DNA of 64,000 nt from Eledone cirrhosa (GCA_964016885.1 OZ024740.1:247814001-247878000), one strand, 5' to 3'. Shown: positions 41,811-55,405, counted from the stretch's first letter. Notes: generated by a model not told the origin, from the letters alone. Made by a program: numbers and translations.

Positions 41811-43591
41811 CACCGTGTAACATATTTTTTGTTCCCCGGTTCTAAGTATCATTTCCTGGATTGTTATATCCCATTATTATAATTAAAAAAACACTATTAT
41901 TTAATCAAAAGTTTGGGTTTGTGGTCAGGAGTTTTATATTTCGAAATTTTCATATTTTTCAAATTTTCATATTTTTATGAAATTTTCATATTTTTATAAA
42001 ATTTTCATATTTTTACACATTTTTTTTTAATTTATCAGTTCATATAACTAAATCAACAGAGTAGAGTATATATTTATTTTATTACACAAGCTTATCAAAA
42101 GCAAACAAGTAAAAACAAATAACACTTATAAAGCAACTTATACACGTCAGAAATGACTGGATTTCCTGGATTTGCGGTTGTAGTCCTGGTCGCATTCCGG
42201 CACTAGTCCCCAGATATAGTCCCCCATCATTCTTTTATTGTAGTGGCCCTGGTACCTCCGCTCTATCTCTTTCACATCTTGGTGGAATCGTTCACCTTGT
42301 TCTTCTGAGTAGGCGCCCATATTGTCCTTGAATTTTTCCAGGTGAGCGTCCAGCATATGGAGTTTAAGCGACATCCTGCATCCCATGGCGCCAAAAGCCT
42401 TTATCAGATCCTGCACCAGTTGCTGGTAGATTTCAGGTCTGTAGTTGCCCAGGAAGCCCTTAACAACTGCCTTGAAACAGTTCCATGATGTTCTCTCAAT
42501 CCTATTAAGCTTATTGGAGAACTCGGTAGACTCAAAGACCTTCTTTATCTGAGGTCCAACAAAAATTCCACCTTTGATTTTGGCCTCAGATAACTTGGGG
42601 AAGAACTCAAGAAGGTACTTAAAAGCGGCTGATTCTTGGTTGAGAGCCTTCACAAACTGCTTCATCAACCCCAACTTAATGTGCAGTGGCGGCATGAGCA
42701 CAATCCTGGGATCAACCAGTGGCTCCCACATGACGTTCCGGGTTCCAACTACAAATTCTGTTCGCTGCTCCCAGTTCTTTCTTTTGTAGTGGTCAGAGGT
42801 GGCTCTGCTGTCCCAAAGGCAGAGGAAGCATTGGAATTTGATAAAGCCTCCTTGGAATCCAAGCAGGAAAGCCACCATCTTCAAGTCTCCAATGATTTCC
42901 CAATTGTACTGGTTGTTTTGCAGAGCTTTCAAGAAGATTTTCACACTGTAGTAATCTTCTTTCAGGCAGACTGAATGAGCTAGGGGCAGTGTCGGGAACT
43001 TGTTTCCATTGTGAAGGAGGACAGCCTTCAAACTTGTGGTGGAGCTGTCTAACGGCACCCCAATAACGTCAAACAGTTCAGGCACGTCATGGCAGAAACA
43101 GAGGCCATCCCTAAGAGTGTAAAAGCCTGAGAAAGGTTCGTGTCGACTTCTCTGACTTGTCACCTGCACTTCCTCCTTGACCAAGTTCCACTGCTTCATC
43201 CTGGAGACGAATGCTTAAAACACAACTTACCCTTTATTCAGGGTGCGAAAATCCAGTATCAATAAATCTCTTTAATCCACTTTTTAACAATGTTATACTT
43301 TATAGCACTTTTATAATTTTCTTTAGGTATTACTCTTTATTTTATAATATTAATTTAACATATATAAACATATATAAACATATATAAAAAAATCATTTAA
43401 CATAAGCAAATTAAACTTACATACAACGTAAAATCCAGCATACAAATAATTCTAGTGAATAGCTTAGAATGTTTACAAACGCAAACTTTTAAATGTTTAA
43501 TAGCACTTTTTTTTATTTATTTGAGACCTAAGCAACAGAAAAGAAGTGATTACAAGCCGGGAACAAAGAAAAAAAAATTTGTTACACGGTG
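41811..43591 (-). mobile_element. Chapaev3-like (CMC) DNA transposon, internally deleted
   Basis: TIR caccgtgtaaca / tgttacacggtg, with 3-bp TTA on both sides. Family assignment is from the remembered PPLHIKLG motif and TWA TSD. Confidence 0.8.
42147..43199 (-). CDS. Transposase C-terminal/catalytic part (350 aa)
   Basis: SLKAVLLHNGN, GDLKMVAFLLG, CFLCLWDSR, PPLHIKLGLMKQFVKAL, MSLKLHMLDAH, SEEQGERFHQD. Confidence 0.8.
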   Translation of the reverse strand: MKQWNLVKEEVQVTSQRSRHEPFSGFYTLRDGLCFCHDVPELFDVIGVPLDSSTTSLKAVLLHNGNKFPTLPLAHSVCLKEDYYSVKIFLKALQNNQYNWEIIGDLKMVAFLLGFQGGFIKFQCFLCLWDSRATSDHYKRKNWEQRTEFVVGTRNVMWEPLVDPRIVLMPPLHIKLGLMKQFVKALNQESAAFKYLLEFFPKLSEAKIKGGIFVGPQIKKVFESTEFSNKLNRIERTSWNCFKAVVKGFLGNYRPEIYQQLVQDLIKAFGAMGCRMSLKLHMLDAHLEKFKDNMGAYSEEQGERFHQDVKEIERRYQGHYNKRMMGDYIWGLVPECDQDYNRKSRKSSHF

Positions 43592-43655
43592 TTATTACTG
43601 GAATTCTATAAGAATCCAGCCTCTATAATTTTCGGCAGATGTCGGGGAGTACGTT

Positions 43656-43696
43656 GCTCTGAGGAACCCCAACAGTGTGAAACAGAATCTGTCAGC
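43656..43696 (+). ncRNA. Minimal hammerhead ribozyme
   Basis: gct-CTGAGGA-accccaacagtgt-GAAA-cagaatct-GTC-agc. Confidence 0.75.
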
Positions 43697-43805
43697 TTCT
43701 CTTCCTTTGCCGAAAAAAGAAGTAAGTGACATAGTCACTACTTTAAAATGATAGCGCAAGGTCTTCAAAATGTTTTTAATTAAACATACGGTATATTGCC
43801 AAATA

Positions 43806-43938
<133 letters not shown>

Positions 43939-44019
43939 TATATCCTGAATTCAATCGGGGGTAACCACAGTAAGTAAGGTACTCAATACAAAGCAGAGTA
44001 TAAATATTTAATATAGAAA

Positions 44020-44070
44020 AGCTTCCACAGGACCAGAACTGTTTCACTCGCGAGAAATCATCAGGAAGCT
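44020..44070 (-). ncRNA. Hammerhead-like motif
   Basis: agcttc-CTGATGA-tttctcgcgagt-GAAA-cagttctg-GTC-ctgtggaagct; stems are irregular. Confidence 0.5.
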
Positions 44071-44371
44071 GTCCGTCCAAGCAAACATGGTGGCACCTAT
44101 ATGTTTTCTGGTGGTAGGAGAGGGTGGGGATTGGGATTGGTGGGGGTCGTCGGCCGAAGGAACCAAAAGAAAAGGAATTCTTTAAAAGCTATATTTATAG
44201 TAACAAAGGCAGAAAGAATTCTATAAACAAGTTCAAATTGGGGTGCCACTCCTTATTTTTAAGGTTCTCTTAAGCTAACAATGCCTATATTTCAGATGTC
44301 TACAAGCACATTCACACACACACACACATAAAAAAGCCTCTACTCCCACACACCCGCAAAAACACACACTC

Positions 44372-44483
<112 letters not shown>

Positions 44484-44537
44484 TACCTTGATTAAATCTT
44501 AACCATTTAACATCTCAGGGTATGTCATGTATCATTA

Positions 44538-44592
44538 TATTTTGTCTGATGAGGACGTACTGTTGTACATCCGAAATATGTATAATAAAATG
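44538..44592 (+). ncRNA. Minimal type-I hammerhead ribozyme
   Basis: tattttgt-CTGATGA-ggacgtac tgtt gtacatcc-GAAA-tatgt-ATA-ataaaatg. Confidence 0.85.
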
Positions 44593-45027
44593 TAATTGAT
44601 CAAAAGAACAACTATTTTATTAATACTTATATTTTAATATTAATAACTCCTGAAAATTATTTTAACGTTGAGTGCTTCCAATCTACTGTAAAACTCATTC
44701 TTTGACATAATCATCGAATATTGTTTAACAACTTAATACTTTTACTCTTTTACCTGTTTCAAGGAATAATAGATACAATATACCTATTTTTTTCTTTCGT
44801 CCCGACTGTACAAAAATAGGTATATTGTATCTATTATTCCTTTTTATAATATTTTACATAACTCTGATATTGTGTCAATTTAATTATTTCGATTATTTTG
44901 TCTCTCATAATCATAGAGTAACACTGGTTAAGGTCGACAACATACAATCTCACATACTTGTGAAAAATATATGTTTATATATACATGTATATGTATGTAT
45001 ACACATATATTTGTATATACCTCTCAT

Positions 45028-45148
<121 letters not shown>

Positions 45149-45152
45149 TGTA

Positions 45153-46157
45153 TCTTAGTCTTAGTCTTAGTTCCTCCAGTCCCTTGTGGAACAGTGGGCG
45201 ACGAGCTTCCTCCACTTGATCCTGTCACTGGCGGCCCTTCTAGCACCTCTCCAGGTAATTCCCATCTCCCGCAGGTCCTCCCTGAATGTGCTCCGCCATG
45301 TTTTTCGTGGTCTTCCCCGTTCTCTCCTGCCACCTTCTGGTACCCAATCCATGGCAATATGAGAAGGTCGATCTGCCGGCAAACGAAGGATGTGGCCCGC
45401 GTACCGCCGTCTCCTTCTCCCGACAATGTCCCTTAACCTCTCCAATCCTGATCTCATCAATTCCTTGTTGCTAACTTGGTCTCTCCATAAAATTTTCAAT
45501 ATGGTCCGAATGCAACGACGGTGGAATACATCAAGCTTGTTACATACACTTTCCGTACTCTTCCATGTCTCACAGACATATATCGCTGTTGGTACCACAA
45601 TGGACATGTAAACACGGAATTTGACGGCGTTGCCAATGGAACACCTGGACCATATCGGACGGAGTCGCTGGAAGACCGCCGCTGCTTTTCCCAGCCTTGT
45701 GCGCATATCCACCTCAGCATCCCCATCGTCAGAGATGTTGCTGACAAGGTATTGGAAGTAGTTTACACATTCAATGTTACGCTGACCAACCATGATGGGA
45801 GGATTTGGAGGGTCACCTGTTGACATGGTCTTGGTTTTTTCACAATTGATGCGCAGGCCAACTTTCTCTGCATTGTCATTTAGCACGTTTGTCATCTCTT
45901 GCAGGTCTTCTCGGGAATGGCCTATCACTGCGATGTCATCGGCAAAGTTCAGGTCGCTTAATCTCCTCCCATCCCAACTGATGCCAAAACGAGGGTCACT
46001 CATTGTCTTCTTCATGATGAAATCGATGACAATGAGGAAAAGGAAAGGCGAAAGGATGCAGCCTTGTCGAACACCCGTAAAGATGTCAAACATTTCCGTG
46101 TTTCCGTCCTTTGTCCTAACGCAGCACCTGGAATGTCGGTACAGCGACCTGAAGATG
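45153..46157 (-). mobile_element. 5'-truncated RTE LINE with (ACTAAG)n tail
   Basis: ORF 45167-46093: [37 protein letters not shown]. Confidence 0.92.
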
Positions 46158-46485
46158 TTAATCTATTTTTTTATATGTATATATATGTATATATGTATAT
46201 ATATATATGTACATGTATATGTATATATATGTATATGTGTCTATATGTATATATATATATACATATATATATATATACATATATATATAGACACACATAC
46301 TCACATATACACATACATGCACATACACATACATACACATATATTATATATATACACATATATATATACACATACATATACACATACATATACACATACA
46401 TATACACATACATATACAAGTATACACAAACATACATACATATATATATATATATACACACACATATATATATACACACACACAC

Positions 46486-46516
<31 letters not shown>

Positions 46517-46522
46517 CATACA

Positions 46523-46564
46523 TATGATGGCTGCCCCCTCGTTATCGAGTATGGCCATTGCACG
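46523..46564 (-). mobile_element. RTE 3' terminal stem-loop
   Basis: Identical to 3181-3222 and 17970-18010. Confidence 0.75.
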
Positions 46565-46574
46565 AGAAAAAAAG

Positions 46575-46642
<68 letters not shown>

Positions 46643-46751
46643 TATACATACATATATATATATATACATATACATATATACATACACATATATTAATAAC
46701 AATAATAATAATAATAACAACAATAACAATAACGACAACAACAACAATAAT

Positions 46752-46799
<48 letters not shown>

Positions 46800-46843
46800 G
46801 CACACACATAAACATATCTATACACACACACACACGATTGCAA

Positions 46844-49800
46844 CTAACAGCGCTGCGATCGAATGTGGCTTTTTAGCCCAGCCAATGATCTAAAATGTGT
46901 TGCACAGAGTCGGCAACCAAAACATTCACTGGGAATAGCCGGCTGTGGTTGGAGTTCATGTACTTTTGCATGTCGTTTGAGCCCTCCTGCTGATTTACAT
47001 TCTCTACCACATGCTTGGCAAGCATGATGAGTAGCATCTCCAACAGCAGCCTGGTAGTCAACCACTGGTCTTACTTTATGACTGTGAAGATGACTTTCGA
47101 GTCCAGCTTTGCTTAGGCAGAGTCTCGCACAGACGCTGCATGTCAGCACCATAGGAGGACTCTCACCCTCTGGAAGTGCAACAGCAATGGCCTTCCTCAC
47201 ATCCCGCTTTACTTTCTCGTATGCGATTCGAGATGCCTCAAAGGCAACTTTTCCCTCATATACAGTCTTTCTCCATTTATTACGATCAGCAGCAATATTT
47301 TCCCATGTATCAGCAGAGATGTTAGCGTCTTTCAAAGAGGCTTTCAAGTAATCCTTATACGTCTTTTTTGGTTTATGTGGTGGTCGTTTTCCTTTAACTA
47401 ACTCTCCATAAAAGAGTTGTTTTGGTATTCTAGAATCCTTCATCCTGGCAAGGTGACCACTCCAACGGCGTCGTTGCTTAAGCACAAGAGCTTCTATACT
47501 GTCACACATAGAGCTTTCCAAAATCTCGATTTCACTGATGTGGTCCCTCCAGTGAACGCCATGGATCCGTCTGAGACACATCTGATGGAAACGTTCCAAT
47601 TTCTTAAGGTGGTGTCGATATGTGACCCAGGTCTCGCAGGCATAAAGAAGAGAGAAGAGAGCACACATGCCTTGTACACCTTTACCTTTGTCTTCTTGCA
47701 TATGTCTCGCCGACCCCAGAGTCGCCTTTCTAGCTTTCCGAAAGCATCACTTGCTTTCCTAATCCTAAGTGAGATTTCACTATCAAGGTTGCTGTATCGA
47801 TTGACAGTGCTTCCCGGGTAGACAAACTGATCAACCACTCCAAGTCGTTTACCATACACATAGATATTTGGTTCACTGTACTGCTTACCAGGGGCAGGTT
47901 AGTACATGACGACGGTTTTCTTGAGACTGACAGTCAATACTAGGACAGTGCAAGCGTCAGAAAATGCATTCAAAATGAGCTGCATATCACTCACTGTGTG
48001 CGCTACAAAATCGCAATCAACTGCATACAAGAGGTCTCTTATGATTGATGTAAATACTTTTGGCTTTGCAGCAAAGCGCCTGATGTTAAATATGCTGCCT
48101 GAGGTTCGATATCGGATGTAAACACCATGCTCGCAATTCCTGAATGCAATACAGAAAACCATTGCAAAGTATATGGCAAACAGGGTCGGTGCTGGAATAT
48201 CCCCCTGTTCCACTCCATTTTTTACTGAGATAGGCTCCGACATGTTACCTCCGACATTAACCCAAATTTTCATGTCGTCATGGAAAGACCTAACTAAAGC
48301 AAGGAACTTATCAGGGCAACCAAGTTTCTGGAGAACCTTCCATAATGCATTTCTGTTAACAGTATCGAAAGCTTTTGTCAGATCGACAAAAACCTGATAC
48401 AGATCCAAACCTTGTCCTATGCACTTCTCCTGGAGCTGTCTAGCTGAGAAGATCATATCAGACCTTTCACTGTTCAGCTTTGAGATAGCCACTGCAACCT
48501 CCACAAGCGTCGGAGGTTCTGCGAGAGCTATTTTCATAGGACTTTCTGGAATGAGATTGAGGAAATCTTCACTGACGACAGACGGCTAATTCAAAAGATC
48601 ATCAACGTGCTCTCGCCACCTTCGTAGAATTCCTTGTGAGTCACGAAGAAGTTCTTTGCATCCTTGCTGCGAAGCGGTGTCACAGAGAAGAAGACGGTCC
48701 ATAAACCTCACGCAAGAGACTGTACAACAGCTTTGTGTTATTGTAATCTGACGCAGTTTGTATCTCAGCAGCCTCTCACTCCACCACTGATCCTTCATCT
48801 GAGAAAGACTCCGCCTAACACGTGATTCCATATCCTTGAGTTCCTCATGCAACGTATTCCTCTCCTGTGGTTTTGGCGTCAAGTAGCGTGACAGAGCACG
48901 CCTTTTATCATCCAACAAGTCTTCTATATGTACATCATTCTCATTAAACCAGTCCTGATGTTTTCTCTGCACCAATCCCAGAACATGCCTGCCTACATCA
49001 TAAACCGACTTTTTAAGGGTTGGCCAATCCTCACCAAGATCTGCAACCTGCATCCCTTCTTCCAATGTCCTCTTCACATTTTTATCCTTAAGACGAGCAG
49101 CATTCAATGTTTTGGGCAGGGCAACACCAGGAGCACGGATTTTACGTTTAGTGATTAGTTTCACTTTTGCGCGTACCAGGCGGTGGTCCGTCCAGCACTC
49201 AGCTCCACGAAGAGCACGAACACACTGCACATCCTGTCTGTCACGCATCCTGACTAAGTCGTAGTCCAAAAGATGCCATTCCTTAGATGCAGGATTTGTT
49301 CTTTTGAATTTGTTCTTTTGTTGGATTTGTTCTTTTGTTGGAACATGGTGTTGGTAACACACAGATCCAGCTCCTCACACATCTGCAGCAGGAGCATACC
49401 ATTGTTGTTACACTTTCCCAGCCCATGCCTTCCGATTACAATCCCTACCCACTCTAGCATTAAAGTCACCAAGCACGATGACTTATTCTGCCTGAGGGAT
49501 ATTTCTTAAAACACCTTTCAAGGCATGGTAAAAGGACACTTTTTCTTCATCGACAGAATTCATAGTTGGAGCATACACACTCACCAGGGTCGCATATCTT
49601 CCTTTGTCCAGCGGAATTCTCATGGACATAAGACGCTCATTAATCCCTACTGGGAATTCTAATTTATTCACAAGAACAGTCTTAACAGCAAATCTTACCC
49701 AAGCCTCTCTTCTGGTTCCTTCATCTCTTCCTTTCTAGAAGAATGTATATTCTCCACAAAATTCAATTCTGTAAGATGACTATCTCCAGCTAACCTCGTC

Positions 49801-50012
49801 TCAGATAAAGCCACGATGTCAAGATCGTAACGTTGAAGCTCCTTTGCAATAAGAGCGGTCCTTCGTTCAGGACGCCCCAAGGAATCCCTGTCAAGCAGCG
49901 TCCGTACGTTCCAGCAGCCAAGACAAAATGCCTTGTTTGGCTCTATTACAATGGCACGATGACGAGTGGGCCCAGGCTGTGATAACCTGGGGCCCCCTGC
50001 CCTTATTGCCAA
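46844..50012 (-). pseudogene. RTE (BovB-like) LINE ORF: APE + RT + three C2H2 fingers, frameshifted, with an internal RT deletion
   Basis: GCWNVRTL, ALSETRL, SVYAPT, CWTDHRLV, FVDLTKAFDTVNR, LLYAVD; CSVC..H..H, CQAC..H..H, CRLC..H. Confidence 0.9.
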
Positions 50013-50139
50013 TTATCGTTTTTGTTCCAGAACCTAAATTGCCAATTATCTCGTTTATATTGTTCTGGAACGTCAATGAATTTGGAAAAAAAAAAAAAAA
50101 AAAAAAAGTTATAGTAATAGTAACAATAATAATAATAAT

Positions 50140-50320
50140 AATTGTTTCTACTTTTTGGCACAAGGCCAGCAATTATCTCAGTACATTACTGGTACTTTAT
50201 TTTATCGACCCCGTAAGGATAAAAGGCAAAGTTAACCTCGGCGGGAATTGAACTCAGATCGTAAAGGGACGTAACTATGCTGGAAAGCATAATCCAACCC
50301 TCCACCGATACTGCCAATTC
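50140..50320 (-). mobile_element. tRNA-derived SINE within (TAA)n
   Basis: Family match; (AAT)n on both sides. Confidence 0.9.
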
Positions 50321-50351
50321 AACAATAATAATAATAATAATAATAATACAC

Positions 50352-52135
50352 TTTTCTCGTATCGCCTAATTTTTGCACTCTTTGCTACAATGCGTTGCTT
50401 CAGTTCCTCTATGATAATATTTAGCTTTTTCCTCCTAGTTTTGTACTTTATTTCCAGTCTATTTTTAGTGTCTATGTTTTTTAGCTGGAGAATCCTTGGG
50501 AGGCGTGAAGATAAAGAGAGGTATCTTCCAGAGAGATAGTCTGTCCCCTCTGTTGTTTGTCCTTGCCCTGATGCCCCTGACCATTATACTGCGAAAAGTG
50601 AGAGCAGGATACAAGTTGGGAAAGGGAGAGCTTACCATCAATCACCTCCTCTTCATGGACGATCTTAAGCTCTTCGGGAAGAGTGAGAAGGAGTTGGATG
50701 TGCTTGTTGACACTGTCCGTATTTTCAGCAATGATATGTGTATGCAATTTGGTATTAGTAAGTGTGGAGTCCTTGTGATGAAGAGGCGTAAATTGAGCAG
50801 AAGCAACGGAATCCAGGTATCAACAGGTGAGATGATAAAGGAAATTGACACTGAAGAAGGATACAAGTATTTGGGTGTTCTGGAGGCTGATGACATCAAG
50901 AACAAAAAAAAATGAAGGAATTGATAAGATCTGAATACATTTGGAGAGTAAGGAGCGTATTAAAATTACATCTGAACAGTAGGAATGCCATAAGTGCAGT
51001 AAACTCCCGAGCTGTGTCGATTATTAGGTACAGTGCGGGAATTCTGAGATGGAATGTTGCTGAACAAAAAGAAATGGATAGGAGGACTAGGAAGCTATTG
51101 ACTATCTACAACATGTTCCACAAGAGGAGTGATGTCGATAGACTCTACTTAAGGAGATCTGAAGGTGGAAGAGGTCTTATCAGCATAGAGGACTGTGTTC
51201 AGATGGAGAAAAACAACCTACACAAATACGTGACTGATATTAAGGAGCCAATGCTCAGAATTGTACTGAAGGAGAGGACAATAGACCAGGGGATGTCCAA
51301 GGAGGAAATAACAACAAGGAGAAAGAGCAACCTTCATGAAAAATCCCTTTATAGTACCTTCTTTCAGAAAACTGAATTTAGAGATCCACAGACATGGAAC
51401 TGGTTGAAAAGAGGAGACCTTAAAATGACTATAGAAGGAATGCTAATGGCTGCGCAAGAGCAGGCCCTCAAAACAAAGTGGCTGAAACACCATATTTACA
51501 AGGAGGAGGCTAGCCCACTGTGCAGGATCTGTGGAGAGAGAGAGGAGACTGTGGCTCACATTGTATCCGAGTGTAAACACCTAGCCCAAACTCAATATAA
51601 AGGCTGGAGACATGATGTGATGGGCAGGGTGATCCACTGGCACCTATGCAAAGTAAACAATTTACCACATTCTAGGAAGTGGTATGAGCATAAGCCAGAG
51701 TCGGTGATAGAAAACGATCAGGTGAAGGTGCTGTGGGATTTTAGGATACGGACGGACAAGAAACTGGAACACAATAGACCTGACCTGGTGGTTTTGGACA
51801 AGGTAAAAAGAGTGCAAGAGAAGGAGAGGGAGAAAATTAACCGATACCAGGACTTAAAGAGGGAGGTAAAAAGGATTTGGAACTGCCATGAAGTCAATGT
51901 GGTCCCGATTGTCATAGGCGCACTATGTACTATCTCAAGGAGTTTCCAGGGATGGTTAAAGAAGATTAGTCCAGCCCCGCTTTTTGGAACACTTCAAAAG
52001 GCATACTTGCTGGGAACAGCAAGAAGCCTCCGATACGTCCTGAATATCTGAGGCTGCAGGTAGCAGCTTGATATACATTTCAACAAACTTTCCAGTTAAA
52101 TAACATCAATGACTGAGACTCAAAGAACAATAATA
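50352..52135 (+). mobile_element. R4/Dong-like RLE-type non-LTR retrotransposon fragment with 5' inversion
   Basis: GIFQRDSLSPLLF, HLLFMDDLKLF, YKYLG, CRIC..ETVAHIVSEC, RHD, RPDLVV, K..RY. One frameshift at ~50912. 50352-50485 is an inverted upstream piece. Confidence 0.88.
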
Positions 52136-52139
52136 CACT

Positions 52140-52442
52140 GTTAATAATTATTAATTAATGCAATCATGCAATGCCTGTGCGTGATGAATATTTTTAAAGT
52201 GAGGAAAGACTGTGCACTGAGCCAATCCCACTCTCTGAGCGACAGTAGCTATAAACCGAAAAGAAGAAAAGATCAACATCATCGGTAACTACTGAGCCGC
52301 AGGTTTTATGTCGGAGTTAACCCAGTTTCCTGAGATCCTTCTCCTAGAAGAATACCCTGACAAGGGCTAGGGGTTCTTCACTCCCAGTGGTTTAACTGCG
52401 CGATCGGGCATCCAGCCCGATTATTTCTATGTCCCCGCGCGC
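52140..52442 (-). mobile_element. RTE 5'UTR block
   Basis: Close match to 18030-18322. Confidence 0.8.
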
Positions 52443-52575
52443 AAAAAAAAAAAAAACTCACTTATTGGCACTTATACGTACGACATACACACACGCGCAC
52501 ACACACACATACATACGCGCGCACACAGCAACACTCATACATACAAACAAACACACACATGCTACTCACTTACAT

Positions 52576-52637
<62 letters not shown>

Positions 52638-52724
52638 CCGTCATTACTGATACAAGATTACAAGATTATGTCAACTGTTGAAGCCGTTCGTATTACAGTC
52701 CAGTATTATTATAATTGCTTTACA

Positions 52725-52870
52725 GCATAGAGCTATGGCTCTCCACGCTCTGAGCTCAAATCCAGCCGAGGTCAACCTTGCCTTTCATCCCCACGGAGTC
52801 AACAAAAGAGAGTACCAGTAATGCGCTGGGCCAGTCGCTGGATCCGTGCCAAAAGCAGAAAAATTATTAT
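52725..52870 (+). mobile_element. tRNA-derived SINE, diverged
   Basis: Family match. Confidence 0.75.
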
Positions 52871-53261
52871 TATTAAAGTTGTTTTCTTAAGGCCCGGTCG
52901 CTGGTGATGGTGATGGCGGCGGTGGTGGTGGTGGTTGCAGTTGATGTTGTTGTTGTGTTGTGTGTGTGTTTTGTTATTTTGATTTTTTTTTGTTTGTTTG
53001 TTTGTTTTTTTTTGTTTTTTTTTTAATATACATACATATACACACATACACATACACACATATATATATATACATACATATATACATACATATACACATA
53101 TATATATACATACACATGTATAGACAGATACATACATATACACATACATACACATATATACACACACACATACATATATATCTATACACAGATATATATA
53201 CACATATATACACATACACATATATATATATATATATATATTTATTAAAATAACAGATTAA

Positions 53262-53312
53262 AGTTTAAGCAAAGAATCGCTGCTTTCACCCTTAACGGGA
53301 TCTTCTGAAACT
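53262..53312 (-). ncRNA. Hammerhead with CAGAAGA core
   Basis: Reverse complement of 54468-54518; forms an inverted pair about 1.1 kb apart. Confidence 0.65.
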
Positions 53313-54467
53313 AAAATAGTCAATCTGTGAACGCAGAAGTAAATATTTCGGCTTGTAAACATAAATTGCACAATACTTTCCTGCATTACAGCCCCACATT
53401 ATACCCTAACAGATAGTACGAACTATACGCGGATATTTTACGTCTTGATGTGGTAGCTAAGTATATGTTATGTTAATACCATTACTTATTCGTATAGGTA
53501 AATATATATATTACCTGTATGTTTTGTGAAGGTACGTATACTTTCTCGTACGTATATTTGCTTGTATATGTTATAGGCGTATATATTATATTATATATAC
53601 TGGTACATGTGCATATGGTTATGTGTGTACGTGAGTTTTGCGTCTGTGTGAGTATGCGGGTTCGTACGTATGTAGGGTGTGTGTATATGTGTACTTTGTG
53701 TCTTGGTTGACGTACGTCCGCGAACATATGTGTATTTATATGTAGGTGTGTGTACACGCGTTATATACGTATTTATGTGTGTATATTTATATACGTTTAT
53801 TTAATTATGTATACACGGACACACACACACACACACACGCACACACACACACATGTATATGTATATACGTTTTTATATATATTTTTACATATATTTGTAT
53901 GTGTATTTGGTGTATACGTTCGTATGTGTGCGGGTACAGGCGTTGCGTGGTTTCTGTATGTGCGTGCGTGTTTTTTCGCATACCCATGGCAAGTGTTTTC
54001 GTGTATGTACGTATATGGATGCGCGTATATATATATATTTAATTTCAATTACCTCTGTATTTTATTTACTTTATTCTTAACTCTGAAGCCGAGAATCATT
54101 CGGTTTCCTAATAGAATTTTAGTCTATGACTTCTGTTATACCATTTACGTGTTTTTGTCTTTGCGTGTAATTGTTCTCATTGATCCACATAATGACGTAT
54201 TATCTTCGTTTTTTCCGTTCTTTGCAAGAGAACGTCGCCAGGAACCACCTAATAGAATATTAGTCTACGACTTCATTTATACCATAAACGTGGTTTTGTC
54301 TTTGCGTGTAATTGTTTACACCGCACCAAATAATGACGTATTATATTCGTTTTTTCCGTTCTTTGCCAGGGAACGTTTCCAGGAACCAAAGTATCGTCTT
54401 CCTGTCTTCGTTCAGTTGCAACGTTTTTTTTTTATATTTACTTCTGCGTTCACAGATTGACATTTTT

Positions 54468-54518
54468 AGTTTCAGAAGATCCCGTTAAGGGTGAAAGCAG
54501 CGATTCTTTGCTTAAACT
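54468..54518 (+). ncRNA. Hammerhead with CAGAAGA core
   Basis: agttt-CAGAAGA-tccc gttaa gggt-GAAA-gcagcgattctttg-CTT-aaact; all three stems pair. Confidence 0.68.
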
Positions 54519-54634
54519 TTAATCTGTTATTTTAATAAATATTTGCTCTACGGTTCTTATATATCTGATATATATTTATATCGAGCCCTCTTTGGATTTT
54601 AGTCTTCAAATTTAGTATTATTACTATATATATA

Positions 54635-55218
54635 TATATAATCAAGGTTTAGCAAATAAGAAAAAGTTTTAAAATAAATTTTAAAAAGTTCACTGTTTCA
54701 AGTCTCAAAATAAATGGATAATCCATGCGGAAATCATTGAGAAGAAGACATTCGTCAGAGGGTTCTTCTCACTCGGAGAATATCAAGTTCCCGAGTTCAA
54801 ATCACGAACTGGCGCCATACAGAAGTGTTCCCGGATGAGAGTGTATGATGAAGAAACAATTTTGTCTAGTGCCGTGTGTAAAGATAGAAGGCAGGGGCGG
54901 AAAGGTCAATGTACTGCCACTAGAAATAGCAGCAGTTAAAACAACCAAAATGTTATCTCGACCAGGGGAGATTAATAATAATAATAAAGTATGTCTCCCT
55001 ACATGCAAAATACATATAGGGACACATGTATTATCCAACCGTATGCCAATGTGGTTCTATGGCAGGTTAATAAATTAACGAGCCAGAACTTATATAATCA
55101 AGGTTTAGCAAATAAGAAAAGGTTTTAAAATAAATGTTAAAAGTTCACTGTACCTGCTGTAATTACCCTTACCGCGTGGTTTCAAGTCTCAAAATAAATG
55201 GATAATCCATGCGGAAAT

Positions 55219-55220
<2 letters not shown>
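54635..55220 (-). repeat. ~460-480-bp monomer as 1.25x tandem with a split hammerhead
   Basis: atcaaggtttagc at 54641 and 55097; (TA)n flanks. Confidence 0.85.
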
Positions 55221-55285
<65 letters not shown>

Positions 55286-55373
55286 TACATACACATACAT
55301 ATACACATACATATACACATATACACATATACACACACCCATATATACATATATATTCACACACACACACACA

Positions 55374-55405
<32 letters not shown>

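Noticed and set aside
54050-54460. Coding exon within ORF 53750-54460 with a ~140-bp internal duplication
   Set aside because: The ORF starts in microsatellite, has no recognisable domain, and lies inside a repeat cassette.
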